Below are positions 13,519 through 25,603 of a stretch of 54,475 nt of DNA, in pieces. The notes under the pieces were generated by a model, which saw only the letters and a program-made list of their open reading frames with translations, made no database searches and was not told the origin of the DNA. The DNA is from Girardia tigrina. Lineage: Eukaryota. How positions within the stretch are numbered: position 1 is the first letter of the stretch; each line of letters starts with the position of its first letter. Position numbers and translations under genes: made by a program. The stretch covers positions 1-54,475 of the forward strand of contig MQRK01200681.1 in assembly GCA_001938485.1 (NCBI GenBank), in the 5' to 3' direction.

Positions 13519-13530
13519 AGCTATCCGGGC
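13519..13530 (+). promoter_or_regulatory. Putative non-canonical primer-binding site complementary to tRNA-Lys(UUU) nt 1-12
   Basis: AGCTATCCGGGC directly abuts the 5' LTR; reverse complement GCCCGGATAGCT equals the conserved 5' end of animal tRNA-Lys(UUU). Confidence 0.7.
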
Positions 13531-16500
13531 AAATATGGATCTAAAAATGTTATTGGCCGTTATTCCTCGATTCGACGGAAAATCGACTCCAATTAGAGAA
13601 TGGAGAACGAAGTTCGAAATCATTGCCGGATGTCAGGGAATTTCCGATCCCAAAGAGTTGGCTAAAATCTTACCGTTATTCCTCGAGAGAGCGGTATTCA
13701 AGATCTATGAAAATATCAATGAGAAGCAGGGAAGCTACGAGCAAGTAATGTCACTTTTGATTAAAGCGTTCGATGTAGATGAGTTCGGCGCTTTTGAGCA
13801 GTTTTTGGATCGTTAATTGAAAGTCGGTGAGACCGTCGATGAGTATTGCGCTGAAATTAATGAAATTGCTCGACGTATTGAAAATTTACCCATATGTGCC
13901 TTTTGCAATGGCCTGCTGGCGGATGTCAAGAGGGAGATCAGACGAAGCCAAGTTACGTCGCTCTCGGAGATGCTGAAGCTGGCCAGGGAGCTACTGAAGG
14001 TCGAAAGGAGTGGCCTAACGGACGTATCGATGGTCGCGCCTCGAGCTAACATCTCAGGAGAGCGTGGTGGTTTCAATTCTGGAAAGGCTAAAGCCTACGC
14101 TAGGTCACATGTATCAGATGACAGTGAGGTCAGATAGGCGGAAGGAAACCGTTCGAAAGACTCCTCACCGTTTTCAAAGTTCAACGTCAGAGGCTTTAGA
14201 TGCCTCCAGAAAGGCCATTTTGTCTAAGAGTGTAGGAACGGCTAAAATGTAAATCATTCAATGATAATGGTCATTCTGCCAGAAATTTTCATGCGAGAAA
14301 CGGGTACCGGAGTACGTCACAGTAGATACCGGATGTACTCCTGGAGCGAAGTTAATTACCAGATCTCTAATTATAAACGGTCGTGAGTTAATTGATTCTG
14401 GCGCGTCTAGAACCATTGTCGTTGGTAAATCGAAGAAATTTGACAGGTGGATCACAATGATGGATGTCAGTAAAGTGCGAGCCTCGGAGAGTAAATTTGA
14501 GGTGATAATCGGTGATGTTAAATGCGTTAGGCGGGTTTTGATTGTTGATAAATTGCTACCGGGGTTTAACGCCATCGTTGGTCTCGACGTGATCCAACAG
14601 CTGGGGGTATGACAATTGATAAAGAAGCGGTTTTTGGTTGTGAGAAAATGGATTGCATCGCGATTGATGCTTGTGATAGAGAAAGGGTCGACCGTTTAAA
14701 AAATACTGAGAAGAATTTTGAAGTATCATACGACCGATATTGGAGGCTGAAATGGAAATGGTCAATAGGGGAGGAACCCAAATTTGATTATCAGTGTGGC
14801 AGTTACAATGTTAGTAAATCCGTCAAAGACAAGTTTCAGGAGGTAATGGAACAGTGGGTTGAGAAAGGACTATTCAATATTGTATGATGAACAAAGATTC
14901 GGGCCTCCTAAGTGCACTATTCCAATTTTTCCGGTCGTTCAGGTAAATAAAGACAAGATCAGACCTGTTTTCGATTTTCGACATATTAATGAAAATGTGG
15001 ATGGGTATAATGGCAACAGTGCAGTTTGCTGTGAGATGCTCCGGAAATGGAGAAAAAATTCTAGTAAGTGTGCAATGTTAGACTTAAAGGACGCGTACAT
15101 GCAAGTGTTCATTGAGGATGAAATGTTACCGTATCAAATAGTGTTATATAAAAAAAGAAGTATGCATTAACTAGAATAAGCTTCGGGTTGAATGTGAGCC
15201 CAACTGTTATGACAAAAATTGTGGAGAAGGTGCTGTCAATGAGTTCCAAGATTAATGAAGCTGCTGACGTGTATATAGACGGTATTTTTGTGGACGAAAG
15301 TATTGTACCAGTAGAAAAAGTTAAAGATCATTTGCTAAAATATGGATTAGTCTCGAAAGATCCGGAGAAATTTTCAACAAGAAACATCCATGAGAGTGCT
15401 GGGATTGGAGTGTTTCGAGACAATTACGGCACGCTTCGCTGGAGACGGGCAAACAGATTGCAGTTAGATCTAGACGAGGTAAAAACTAGGCGAAATCTGT
15501 ATTCCTTCTGTGGACAAATCACCGGAATCAACAACGTTTGCGGATGGTTACGTGTTGCAATATCGTTTCTTAAACGTCAATCTACCGGAGATTGGGACAG
15601 TTCGATTCGCGAAGAATTGAAGAAAGCGATGGGAGATATGGTAGAAAAAATAAAGGCTAATGATTGCGCTAGTGGAACTTGGTCTGTGAAGGACCAAGGT
15701 CCTTTGGTGTGATGCTAGTACGTTGGTGCTGGACGTTTGTTTAGTTGTAGATGGACAGAGAATGCCTCTTGGCTTCGTAAAGTGAACGACTGCTTAATTG
15801 AGTTAGAAGCGGCTGTAAAAGGGTTAAAACCTAGCGATTGCATGGGTTTTTTTGGATATTGAGTTTAGACTCGACAGTCAGGTTGTTTGTGGATGGATAT
15901 CGAATGTGATCGATAACGTGGAAAGAGATAAGATTAAGGCGGTTTCTGAACTATTGATTCGTAGAAGACTCAATCTACTCAAAGATATTGTTTCCGAGCA
16001 TAATTTGAAGCTGCGTGTGGTCTACGTCAGGTCTGAGAAGAACGATGCTGACATCTTAACGAGAATCCCTTCACAATGGTCTTTTTTAAGTCGCCCAACG
16101 GAAGATGACAATGTTCTAATGGCTTCCTTAGAATCGGATATCGAGAGATTTAAACAGATTCATGACGAAACGCACATGGGACTCCAGAGATCAGTTTTTC
16201 TAACGAAGTAATTTAACGTTAACATCAGCGATGAAAAAATTCAGCAAATCATCCTTCAGTGTAACCGGTGTCAATCTATCGATCCAGCACCCGTTCGATG
16301 TGAAAAGTGGAGTTTGGATGTCGCTGAAACTTGGAAAAAAATAGCAATTGATGTTACAAAGTTCGAGAAGTCCAGGTACCTCACAATCATTGACTGTGGG
16401 CCGTCGCGATTTGCAATTTTGAGACTCATCAGAGATGAAGGAGCACAGGAAGTCATCAAGAATCTGAGAAATGTATTTTTCTAACTTGGAGCCCCTGCCG

Positions 16501-17154
16501 AGTTATTAGCAGATAATTATTCGTCTTTCCATTCCGAAGCTTTTACTGCTGAGATGAAGCCCTGGAATATCAATGTCGAGCCGTGAATAGACCGAGTGGG
16601 AATGGTAATTTCGAAAGGAGCCACCGGACCGTCAAGGCGTTAGCCGCGAGAGCTGGAAAAAAGGATCCAGGGAGCGGTTTGCTGGATGAATAACACCCCC
16701 CCGGAATAAACAATAGGCCACCAGTCAAATTTCTGTATGGATATAAGCCTCGATTGAAGTTGATCGTTAACTTAACCGATCAAGCAAGTAAGGGAACCCT
16801 TTGTTCATATAAATTTAGAGTGGGAGAAAATGTTTAGGTGAAACCAAATCAGATCCAACGTTGTAGTGAAAAATGGACAGAATGAGTCATCAAAGAAGTG
16901 ATTAGTCCTGTTAAATTTCTTGTCTCCATCAGAAACGTCGATTCATTGCGTCATGTCACTGACCTCCGACCGCGATCCGAGTTGATTGTCTCGGAGCTGA
17001 TTGATTAGCCTTTTCGTGAAGACGAATCACCGAGCGAACATACCACCACGATTCCAGTCGACACTGAATCAGTTGTTCGAGAGTGTCGACCTCCTAAGAA
17101 ATTTCAGGACTACGTTTCATGGGACGATATAGATTCTGCCGAATCTGGGGGAGA

Positions 17155-17252
17155 TGTAGAAGGAGACATATTATTTTTTTGAATATTCTCGATTTTAAAA
17201 ATCATTATTTTGTCGTTGAAATAAATCATTATTTGTTGTTGCTGGAATTACA
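17155..17252 (+). repeat. 3' LTR (98 bp)
   Basis: Preceded by polypurine tract, followed by TSD TATTC. Confidence 0.95.
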
Positions 17253-17762
17253 TATTCATAAACAATATTAAAATATAGGGTAAAGGATGTGATAGACTGA
17301 TTACTGAACATTATCTACGTTTGTTACGCTTAAATTATTCATCATAATAACAGTGATAATCTTTAAGAAATAATAATTGATCTTTCTTAATAACACAATT
17401 CAAATAAAATTTCGATTCTCTTTTTTACTTTACTCAAATCCAGATCTCTAATGATTTTAATACAAGATCTTCTAAATTGCCATGCTATATTTTGCTTAAA
17501 TAACTTTAAATATAAAACAAATTCTAAATTAATTCAATTATTTAAATCTCAACTTATCATGTATAGTTTTTCGTTTTAAGTGACACTATAATAATTAATA
17601 ATAAATTTTAATAGATTTTGGAACATATATTAAAATAATTAACCTTTCCTAATTGCAGTTTAAATTTTTTATTGAAAAAAATATATTTTTCATTCTCTTT
17701 TAATTTTTTATCGGATTTAAAGTGGAAGTAATTTGATAAATTTATTAATTTGTTTCATTCAG

Positions 17763-17987
17763 GCCATTCTCCAAGACTTATTCCCGGGCGTTGAACTACC
17801 AGAACATGATTATGGTCGATTTAAAGAAGAAATAGAACACGTTATTGAAGACATGAATCTTCAAATTAATGATAGTCAAGTTTTAAAAGTTATTCAGTTC
17901 TATGAGACTTTAGCAGTTCGTCATGGTGTGATGTTAGTTGGTCCAACTGGTGGAGGAAAAACTACCGTTTATAATGTCTTAGCAAAA
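17763..17987 (+). CDS. DNAH6: DNAH6-like exon 3 (AAA2 P-loop)
   Basis: AILQDLFPG...VRHGVMLVGPTGGGKTT. Confidence 0.92.
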
Positions 17988-18036
17988 GTTACATACTATA
18001 AATGGAAAATTTAATTTGATTTAATTATTTGTTTAG

Positions 18037-18216
18037 GTTTTAGGCAATCTTAATGCAGCTGGCTTTGCTGAGGAACGACCTGACTATCAGCCAGTCAAAA
18101 CGTATATTCTTAATCCCAAATCAATCACAATGGGTGAATTATATGGAGAAATAAATAAGCTCACTCTTGAATGGCATGATGGTTTAATGCCGTATATTGT
18201 GAGAATAACTTGTGTG
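18037..18216 (+). CDS. DNAH6: DNAH6-like exon 4
   Basis: [31 protein letters not shown]; not in ORF track, translated manually. Confidence 0.9.
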
Positions 18217-18266
18217 GTAAGACTCAAATTCTATATTCATTCATAATTCTGTTGACTTCGATTAAG

Positions 18267-18518
18267 GATACAACGCAAGACCATCAATGGGTCATTTGCG
18301 ATGGACCAGTCGATGCTCTGTGGATAGAAAATATGAATACTGTTTTAGATGATAACAAAATGTTATGTCTGGCAAATTCAGAAAGAATTAAATTAACACC
18401 ATATGTTCACATGTTGTTTGAAGTTCAAGATCTGTCTGTAGCATCCCCAGCTACTGTTAGTCGTTGTGGTATGGTTTATGTTGATCCAGAAGAGCTTGGT
18501 TGGCTTCCTTACGTCAAG
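18267..18518 (+). CDS. DNAH6: DNAH6-like exon 5
   Basis: [34 protein letters not shown]...[13 protein letters not shown]. Confidence 0.92.
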
Positions 18519-19239
18519 GTTAAGATATTTTCGATAATATATCATAAATTGATTAAATTAACACATAATACTGAATATATAATATTAAAAAAAACAGATT
18601 AGTCTTAAAATAACTTCATTATCAAAATGAAAAATTATTATGAACATTAATATTTCACAGAGGAGATTGTTTGCCATCATAACTCATAACTTTATTTATT
18701 TATAACCGTTATTATTGTTATATTTGTAGCATTATCAAACAGTCTATTGAATATACGTTTGGGTTCTTTGAGTACTTAATAATTTATGAGCGTAATTCAA
18801 AAGCAATAACTGAAATCTCAATAAGTTAAATGAAGAAGATTGACATGCAGTTTATTACAATGATTATTAAAATAACATTTATATTAGCAATTTCATAAAA
18901 AAATATTATTAATTTATTCTTCAAGAACATCGTTCTCAGAGGTTTGTTATACAGAATTCATTTGCATATCGAAAATAATAAAAAATAAGATAATATATCT
19001 GTTTTTATAAACATTATTTCAAACCATAAAAATATTCATCTCATCAATCTTCAAAGTAATTACAATTAGATTCTGTCAAGAAAGTACAGGGAATTGATCA
19101 TTTAAAATGTTCGCTTAAAGCAGTTGTCAGAATTTCTTTTATCCTTAAATTGACTCATATGTCGTCTATACTGAAGCCTAGTTTGAGCACTATCTGTAAT
19201 TTTGTTTGGTTACAGTGCTGAATATAATCAGTTCATCTC

Positions 19240-19880
19240 ATATGTGTTTTGCGAATAAAATTATTGAACAAAGAATTTGTCTCAAATTTTGGATTAAAAA
19301 TGGAATTTCGTGTCGAATCGCTAGAAATGTTAACCCATTTACACCGGCCGTCCTCGTTTGAAGACGCTTGAAAAAATAAACATACAGTGACTTGAGAAGA
19401 ATGTTTATGAAATTTTTCAAGTTTTATCACGTCTATATAAACAAAGTAACGAATCAATGACCTTACTTTACTTTAAATATGACTGTTTTTATCTATATGT
19501 TTTTGTATCATTTTACATCATACCCTCTCTAGTTCCTGTTTAGGCGTTAATGGGTTAATGAAAGTTTATGGTGAATTGATTTTTATCAAAACAACATGTT
19601 TATGGGTGGTATAACACATTCAAAAGCTGTCGAGATATGGTGGAAAATTAACCTGGACAACAACGTCTATAGCTGAAGTCAATATCGCTAAATAAAAGAA
19701 AATGGTGAGTGAAAATCATCATTTAAGTCTGAGAGAGATAGCCGAGAGAGAGACTTTCTGTGTCTCACAAATCAAGTTATACTTTTGCGCATGATTTTTT
19801 TGGCATGAGTCGCGTTGCTTCTCGACTAGTTCTAAACTTGAATTTTCTACAAAAACCATATTGTGTAAAAGTTACTAAAG
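19240..19880 (+). mobile_element. Mariner 5' remnant (HTH region)
   Basis: QRICLKF...ESLEML|MKVYGE...VYGWY..FK reads across the inserted MITE; limits approximate. Confidence 0.65.
19334..19554. mobile_element. piggyBac-like MITE
   Basis: TTAA on both flanks; TIRs CCCATTTACACC / CCCATTAACGCC (10/12). Confidence 0.7.
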
Positions 19881-19982
19881 ACTAAGTCGAAACAGAAACA
19901 AGTATTTTCATATAAAATTTTTTTTATTAAAAACCTTGCCTTTATTTTCCATGGTGTTTGCAAATGATGTTGGTGTATAAAT

Positions 19983-20400
19983 CAGTGTTTCTCAACCGGT
20001 GTGTCGCGATACACTAGTGTGTGGCGATTGGATCGGCAGTGTGTCGCGATGAATTGGTGTGTCGCAGGTGTGTCACGAAAAAATGGTGTGTCGCGATGAT
20101 TTGCTTGATAATATGCAATACTCTTAAATTTTATATAATAATTTTCAAGATTCAACTTTGTAGTGTAGAGTCTACACTGTAGAATGTATACTGTTATCAA
20201 ATAAAATCAATACGATTGCGGTTAACCATCCTCGATAAAACAGGTCTAAACATCAACATGGACTCTAGTGACTAGAATCTAGAATTAATACTTTGAAAAC
20301 CTCAAAGTTACATAATAACTTCGCTTGATAATAGGTGTGTCACAAAATTTCATGTATTGTGTCGAGTGTGTCATTCGGAAAAAAAGGTTGAGAACCTCTG
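19983..20400. mobile_element. hAT (Charlie/Buster-type) MITE
   Basis: 8-bp TSD GTATAAAT; TIR CAG(T/A)G(T/G)TTCTCAACC; GTGTGTCGC subterminal repeats. Confidence 0.85.
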
Positions 20401-21289
20401 GTATAAATACAACATTTTTTATTTTAATTTCACTGATTATTTCACTTTTGAATAATTATTTTGTGCATTTTCCTTTGATTTGTAAACATTCATGCATCTT
20501 CGTGTTTTGCATCAAGATAAAAAGAATGAAAGATAATTTGTTTGCAAAGGGAGATGAAGGCAAGGAAAACCACGTCACGGTAGATTAAAAAGGAAAATAA
20601 TTTCAACTTTTTTCTTTGATTATCACTTTCTAACTACAGCCACTTAAATGTAGTCTTACTTTTTTCAAGTTTTTCATTCAGCTTTAGTCAGTGATTCTTA
20701 TAATATTTAGCCGTTACTATTTACCTGTTTTCTTTTAATACCTTCTACAATGAAGTAATAAATGTTATGTTGAAAATTTTTTATTTTGAATGTATTATGT
20801 AGTCTCCAGAGCCTTGATCATCTTTTTTCTGTAAATTATTAACTAGTTCACATTTAGTTACTTTGCAAGATCTCATGCTTTTTGTCAGTTACGGGTTTCA
20901 CTTTCAGTTTCCTCTAGCCATCACTAATTAAATTAGTTTTTAAGTCGAAATGATCACTGTAGAAATTCTTGAAATATATCTTCACGACACTATTTTCAAA
21001 ATTTAATCTTTTGTTTTTTTGTGTTTTTATCTAAATGAAAAGTAAAAAGTTGAATAAATTTAGCAATTAACAATAATATAAGTAATGGATACCAAAAGTA
21101 TGAAATATTAATAAATGTATAAAAAATGTATTATATGATAAAAAAATTCCTAATAATTGTCAATAAACTCCAATAAAATTGACAAATTATTAAATAAAAA
21201 AGCTTAACCAATCGAAATTTCTTTCAACATCTTAAGTGTCACAATGAGTTAGTAATGGAGTAATCAAGACGTCAACATTACATCATTTA

Positions 21290-21620
21290 AAAACTCAATA
21301 ATTTTAGGATCCATAGATATTCTGTATAACGCTTCCTATGCTACTCTTTCCCAATAATTCTTAAATTTAGTGCACATAATTTTAAAATTTTGAGAAAATT
21401 TATCCCTCTTACAATGTTTTTTATGCACCTCAAAATTACTACCAGTTTCATTGGGCCTATGTTCTTCGTCCCTCTTAAATTGAAGATGAGAAGCCTCTCT
21501 TATGTATATTATCTATTGCCGATTGTGTTTTCAGTTTTTTCAGTACAAGATACTATTAGAAAAGGATTTTAAAATATTTTTAATCCTTCTCAAATGGACT
21601 CAGTTAGAACTTACCCGATT
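21290..21620 (-). mobile_element. Penelope-like GIY-YIG endonuclease remnant
   Basis: IYIREA...R..EH...H..HC...FKI......ER...EALY pattern. Confidence 0.4.
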
Positions 21621-22283
21621 TTTAAACTATTATTATATAAATTTGATCTTAATCTTCAACATCTGTATGTTTATTAGTACATTTTTTTAATTAATTTAAC
21701 AAATATTTATTTCGTTAGTTTTTCCATGATTGATTTTGAGTATCCGTTGTCATATAATAATTTGTTTAACTTGCCATTATGTATTGATTTACTTGATAGA
21801 TCTAGCTACACTTTAAAAATCATTTTTCAGATGATTAATTTATTAATTTTATTATTTTACTAATTTATTTTTTTTAATTGGTATCAAAATTGCTTTTAAA
21901 ACTTCAACTTAAATATCTGGAAAATTATTTTTATTTTTTATAATTTTCCTGAAATTCTTTGTAATATGATTTTTTCATCCGCTTTTTCATCTAACAATCC
22001 TTTGTATTTTGTACAACTTAAAAAATTCACCTTTTACAAAATTTGTGTATTCCGAAGTTACTTTTATGGTCCCCAAACATTTTGAATTAAACGAAATCTA
22101 GTGTTGTTGATGGTAGTCGATTAAATCAAGTTTTATATTTTCTAAATTTTCTAACTGGTAAAATAATATTATATTAATAATTATTCATTAACAATAAAAT
22201 AATACTAAATTTATTGAAAAATTTTTCGTCAAGCTGTATTATAAAAAAATTAAAAATATAAAAAAAATAAAAATATGCATTTA

Positions 22284-22371
22284 CCGTATATATCGGCGTA
22301 TAAGACGACTCCATCAGTTTTAGGACATTTTTTTATGGATATAAGATCGCCTTATACGCCTAAATATATAG
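22284..22371. mobile_element. 88-bp pogo/Tigger-like MITE
   Basis: TA-flanked imperfect TIRs CCGTATATATCGGCGTATAAGACGAC. Confidence 0.6.
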
Positions 22372-22529
22372 TAAATTGAATCAAAAAATGTTTTATTCTA
22401 TTGAACATGTACAATTATTTGGCTGTGATTATAAGACGAATTAGATTTTTTGATCAAAAATAAAATAAACCTCATCTTTTATTTGAATCAACATGTTTTT
22501 GCAAGCCAAAATCAATTAATCATTTTTAG

Positions 22530-22883
22530 ACATGGCTAAATTCTCAGTCCGGAAAATTAAAAGTAGAAGTTCGAGATTATCTTTTGATTATGTTTGAAAA
22601 ATATGTCGACGAAGGATTAAAATTTGCTCAAAATAAATGTACACCAACTATGGCTCAAGTGCCGATAGCGAAAATTCAAACTATGTGTAAATTGTTAGAA
22701 AGTTTACTCACCGGCCCTGGTTGTCCGAATATGAATACGGAAGCTCAAAAACTCAATCCTACAATTGCTATAGCCTTTGTATTTTGTTATGTTTGGGGAA
22801 TCGGAGGAAATTTGCACGAGTCTAATTGGGATAAATTCGATAACTTCGTTCGGAATAAATTTGAAGATAACGGTGACTGCAGA
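22530..22883 (+). CDS. DNAH6: DNAH6-like exon 6
   Basis: TWLNSQ...FVFCYVWGIGGNL; phase-0 joins. Confidence 0.88.
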
Positions 22884-22927
22884 GTATATTGGTTCATTTT
22901 AGTAACAAATCTATCTATGTCTATTAG

Positions 22928-23149
22928 ATGCCGACTCAAGGAGATTTGTGGAGTTCCTACGCTGATCTAGATACTCGAAAAATGGATTTGTGGGAGAAAA
23001 TAGTTCCAGCATTTAAATTTAATAAAGAAGTACCTTTCTTTGAGATGATTGTACCAACAGTCGATACAATCAGATTTGGTTACCTTTTGGAAAAATTATT
23101 ATACGTGAAGCAGAGTGTTCTTTTCACTGGTGCGACTGGAGTCGGAAAA
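22928..23149 (+). CDS. DNAH6: DNAH6-like exon 7 (AAA3 P-loop)
   Basis: IVPTVDTIRF...VLFTGATGVGK. Confidence 0.9.
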
Positions 23150-23197
23150 GTTAGTAAAATTATTTATAATTGTTTTTACAAACAAATTTCTCTTTAG

Positions 23198-23503
23198 TCT
23201 GTTGTGGCAAGGGGCACATTGAATAACATCAGTGAAAAGGCTGGTTATGTGCCGATATTTATCAATTTCTCCGCACAAACTAGTAGTAATCGTACACAAG
23301 AAATGATTGAAAACAAACTAGAAAAGAAACGCAAAGCAGTCTTAGGGGCACCAATAAATAAACGTGTGATAATATTCATTGATGATCTTAATATGCCGAA
23401 ACTAGACACTTACGGAAGCCAACCTCCGATTGAATTACTTCGACAGTACCAAGATTTCGGAGGATTTTATGATCGAGACAAACTTAACTGGATAACAATT
23501 CAG
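23198..23503 (+). CDS. DNAH6: DNAH6-like exon 8
   Basis: INFSAQTSS...IFIDDLNMPKLDTYGSQPPIELLRQ. Confidence 0.92.
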
Positions 23504-23668
23504 GTAAAATTACCTTGATTCACATTAAATTATAATTTTTAGTTGATTGATAGTTCAAGTGATATTATTATTAAGTAATAAATTATGAAGTCGAAGATTA
23601 TGATAAAATTTGTTCTTATTTGTGTTATATCAGCATGTGTGATTGTGTCTTATTATCTGCCACTAACA

Positions 23669-24150
23669 AACTAGTAAATCAAAAAAAATTATATATGCAT
23701 TCTTTATGCAGACAGAACTCTTCTTTGCCAACAAAATTTTAATTAAAAAAATATTTTCAAAGAAAACACAATAAAATTAAAAAAATTCTGTTGGCCAAAC
23801 AGATTTCCGCCTGCATAAAGCATGGGTATAAAAATTTTTTTTGAATTACCATTTAGTTTTTAAATCGGTTTACTGAACTTTATTTATTTTTCAATTGATT
23901 TTTTGCGTAATATAAACTACTTATAATTTATAAGTAGATGTTTTTCAATTAATATTGTTCAGGAACTTCGATGGGACAGGTTTTTTCCAATTCTGAGATC
24001 TTAAAATGTTTTTTTATCAAATTTTCACATTATCATTTATTGTCATCGAAAATGAGTGAGTGTGCAAAGTTTGGAGAAAATTGATTGAGTTAAAGGCCTT
24101 CAAAATTACGTTTCTAAATATATATAGTAAGCTAATATAAAGAATCGAAA
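23669..24150. repeat. Dispersed repeat with internal inverted repeat (Helentron/HINE-like); second partial copy at ~45284-45495
   Basis: Shared ACTAGTAAATCAAAA...CTTTATGCA.ACAGAACTCT...CGATGGGAC blocks in both copies; class assignment tentative. Confidence 0.5.
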
Positions 24151-24896
24151 AAGAAGGGAAAAACCTATTTAAAAATTGAAATCATATATTAACTTTCTAG
24201 TTAACCTTTTATATTTTAAAGGCTTATAGATCCGCAAAAGATTGTATCTTAGACTTTATCGTTATGAATGCCCTCCTGTTCAAAGGCCAAATTTTTAATT
24301 TCATAAGTAAATACAAAAATTTTTTGATAAATAAAAAGATCTTTTTCAATCTCTTCAAAGTTACTTTTCATATCACTTTCTTTTTTTATGGTATGTAAAT
24401 ATGTCTACAAAAGAAATTTTGTTTAGAGTTTCTAAAGGAAACAATTGTTTTAATTTGGAAAATGTCTTTTTAGAGTATCATTTAAAAATACTTAAAACTG
24501 AGAAAAATATTGTTCAAAACAGTGAATGTTTTCTTTTTTGACTGTTTTACTGGGAAAAACTTTAAAAATTAAGATTTCTGTTCAGTCGTAGGTGATTTGA
24601 ATTTCCATCAACATATTGTTCATAACTGTTTCATCTTCATATACCATTTTAAAGTATGAACACTCTATTCTAATCTCGACAGGTATAAATTAGAATTGAC
24701 TTGCAATGCACTTCTTTATTTTATAACATATTAATATCTAGTTTTTTTGGATTTAATTTCAATAGCTCCAAATGGTTCTCAACATTAGTTCTAATTTGCA
24801 AAAAAAATAAAGCTTGAAAGATGTTGTTTTAGTCATACTGTCTGTTTTTTAGATTTTTTTCCATTTTCTTTGATAAATATTATTTTCTGAAAACAG

Positions 24897-25200
24897 GATA
24901 TGACATTATCAGCTGCTTGTGGGCCTCCTGGTGGTGGTCGAAATCCAGTATCGGCTCGATTGCTGCGACATTTTTCAATGTTTTCCATTCCAGCTCCAAG
25001 TGAAATCAGTTTGAAACAAATTTTTACTTGTATATTATCCGGATTTTTTGTTGAATTTCCACAATCGGTGAGAAATTGCACTGAAAATATTGTTCTTGCA
25101 GCTGTTGAGATCTACAATCGTATGTATACTGACTTATTGCCAACGCCCGCCAAGTCTCATTACGTTTTCAACTTGCGTGATCTTTCCAAATGTATACAAG
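24897..25200 (+). CDS. DNAH6: DNAH6-like exon 9
   Basis: AACGPPGGGRNPVSARLLRHF...LLPTPAKSHYVFNLRDLSK. Confidence 0.92.
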
Positions 25201-25258
25201 GTAAAGAAATAAGCATTTTATAATTAACATTTATTAACAACTATTTCGGCTCAATTAG

Positions 25259-25422
25259 GTATTTTACAATGCGATCCATCCACAGTCAGAGATAAACCCG
25301 GAGTTTTTAAATTATTTTGTCATGAAGCTCAACGCGTATTTCACGATCGGTTGATAAATATGGAAGACAAAATGTTTTTCCATCAAATTGTTTCCGAAAT
25401 GGCGTCGAAATATTTCGGAGAG
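25259..25422 (+). CDS. DNAH6: DNAH6-like exon 10
   Basis: GILQ...LFCHEAQRVFHDRLIN; translated manually. Confidence 0.88.
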
Positions 25423-25471
25423 GTATGTTCTATTTATGCTTTAAATACCAGTTTGTTATGAATCAATTCAG

Positions 25472-25603
25472 AATATTGAACCAGAAACATTCGTTAAACA
25501 GCCAATTATCTTTGGAGACTTTTTGAAACCAGGACTGGAAAAACACGAAAGACTTTACGAACCATTGACTGACTTTGTCAAAGTTAAAAATATCTTACAC
25601 TCG
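25472..25603 (+). CDS. DNAH6: DNAH6-like exon 11
   Basis: QPIIFGDFLKPG...RLYE; translated manually. Confidence 0.85.

Larger units (their letters stand above)
13420..17252 (+). mobile_element. Full-length but decayed Ty3/Gypsy-order LTR retrotransposon (3833 bp)
   Basis: LTRs 13420-13518 and 17155-17252 (TGTA...TACA); 5-bp TSD TATTC; PPT GGGGGAGA; gag with Zn knuckle, protease LIDSGAS, RT LDLKDAYMQV/YIDG, RNase H DAS/ELEA/NDAD, integrase HHCC + IAIDVT/ERSHRT in PR-RT-RH-IN order; stops and frameshifts. Confidence 0.95.
13025..17450 (-). mobile_element. Penelope-like element remnant (GIY-YIG end), interrupted by the LTR retrotransposon
   Basis: Joining the flanks at the TSD gives NIVYEYQSNRCNITFIGE...RIQKH...EAFLI...INIQ; degenerate hammerhead CTGACGA..GAAA at ~13030-13070. 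Confidence 0.55.

Noticed and set aside
13420-13530. Tf1-like self-priming as an explanation of the odd PBS
   Set aside because: GCCCGGATAGCT does not occur in the LTR, so the transcript 5' end cannot pair with the PBS.
19995-20100. CRISPR-like spaced GTGTGTCGC repeats; also CTGGGTCA repeats at 46300-46410 and 48570-48690
   Set aside because: They are subterminal repeats of hAT elements in a eukaryotic context with no cas genes.
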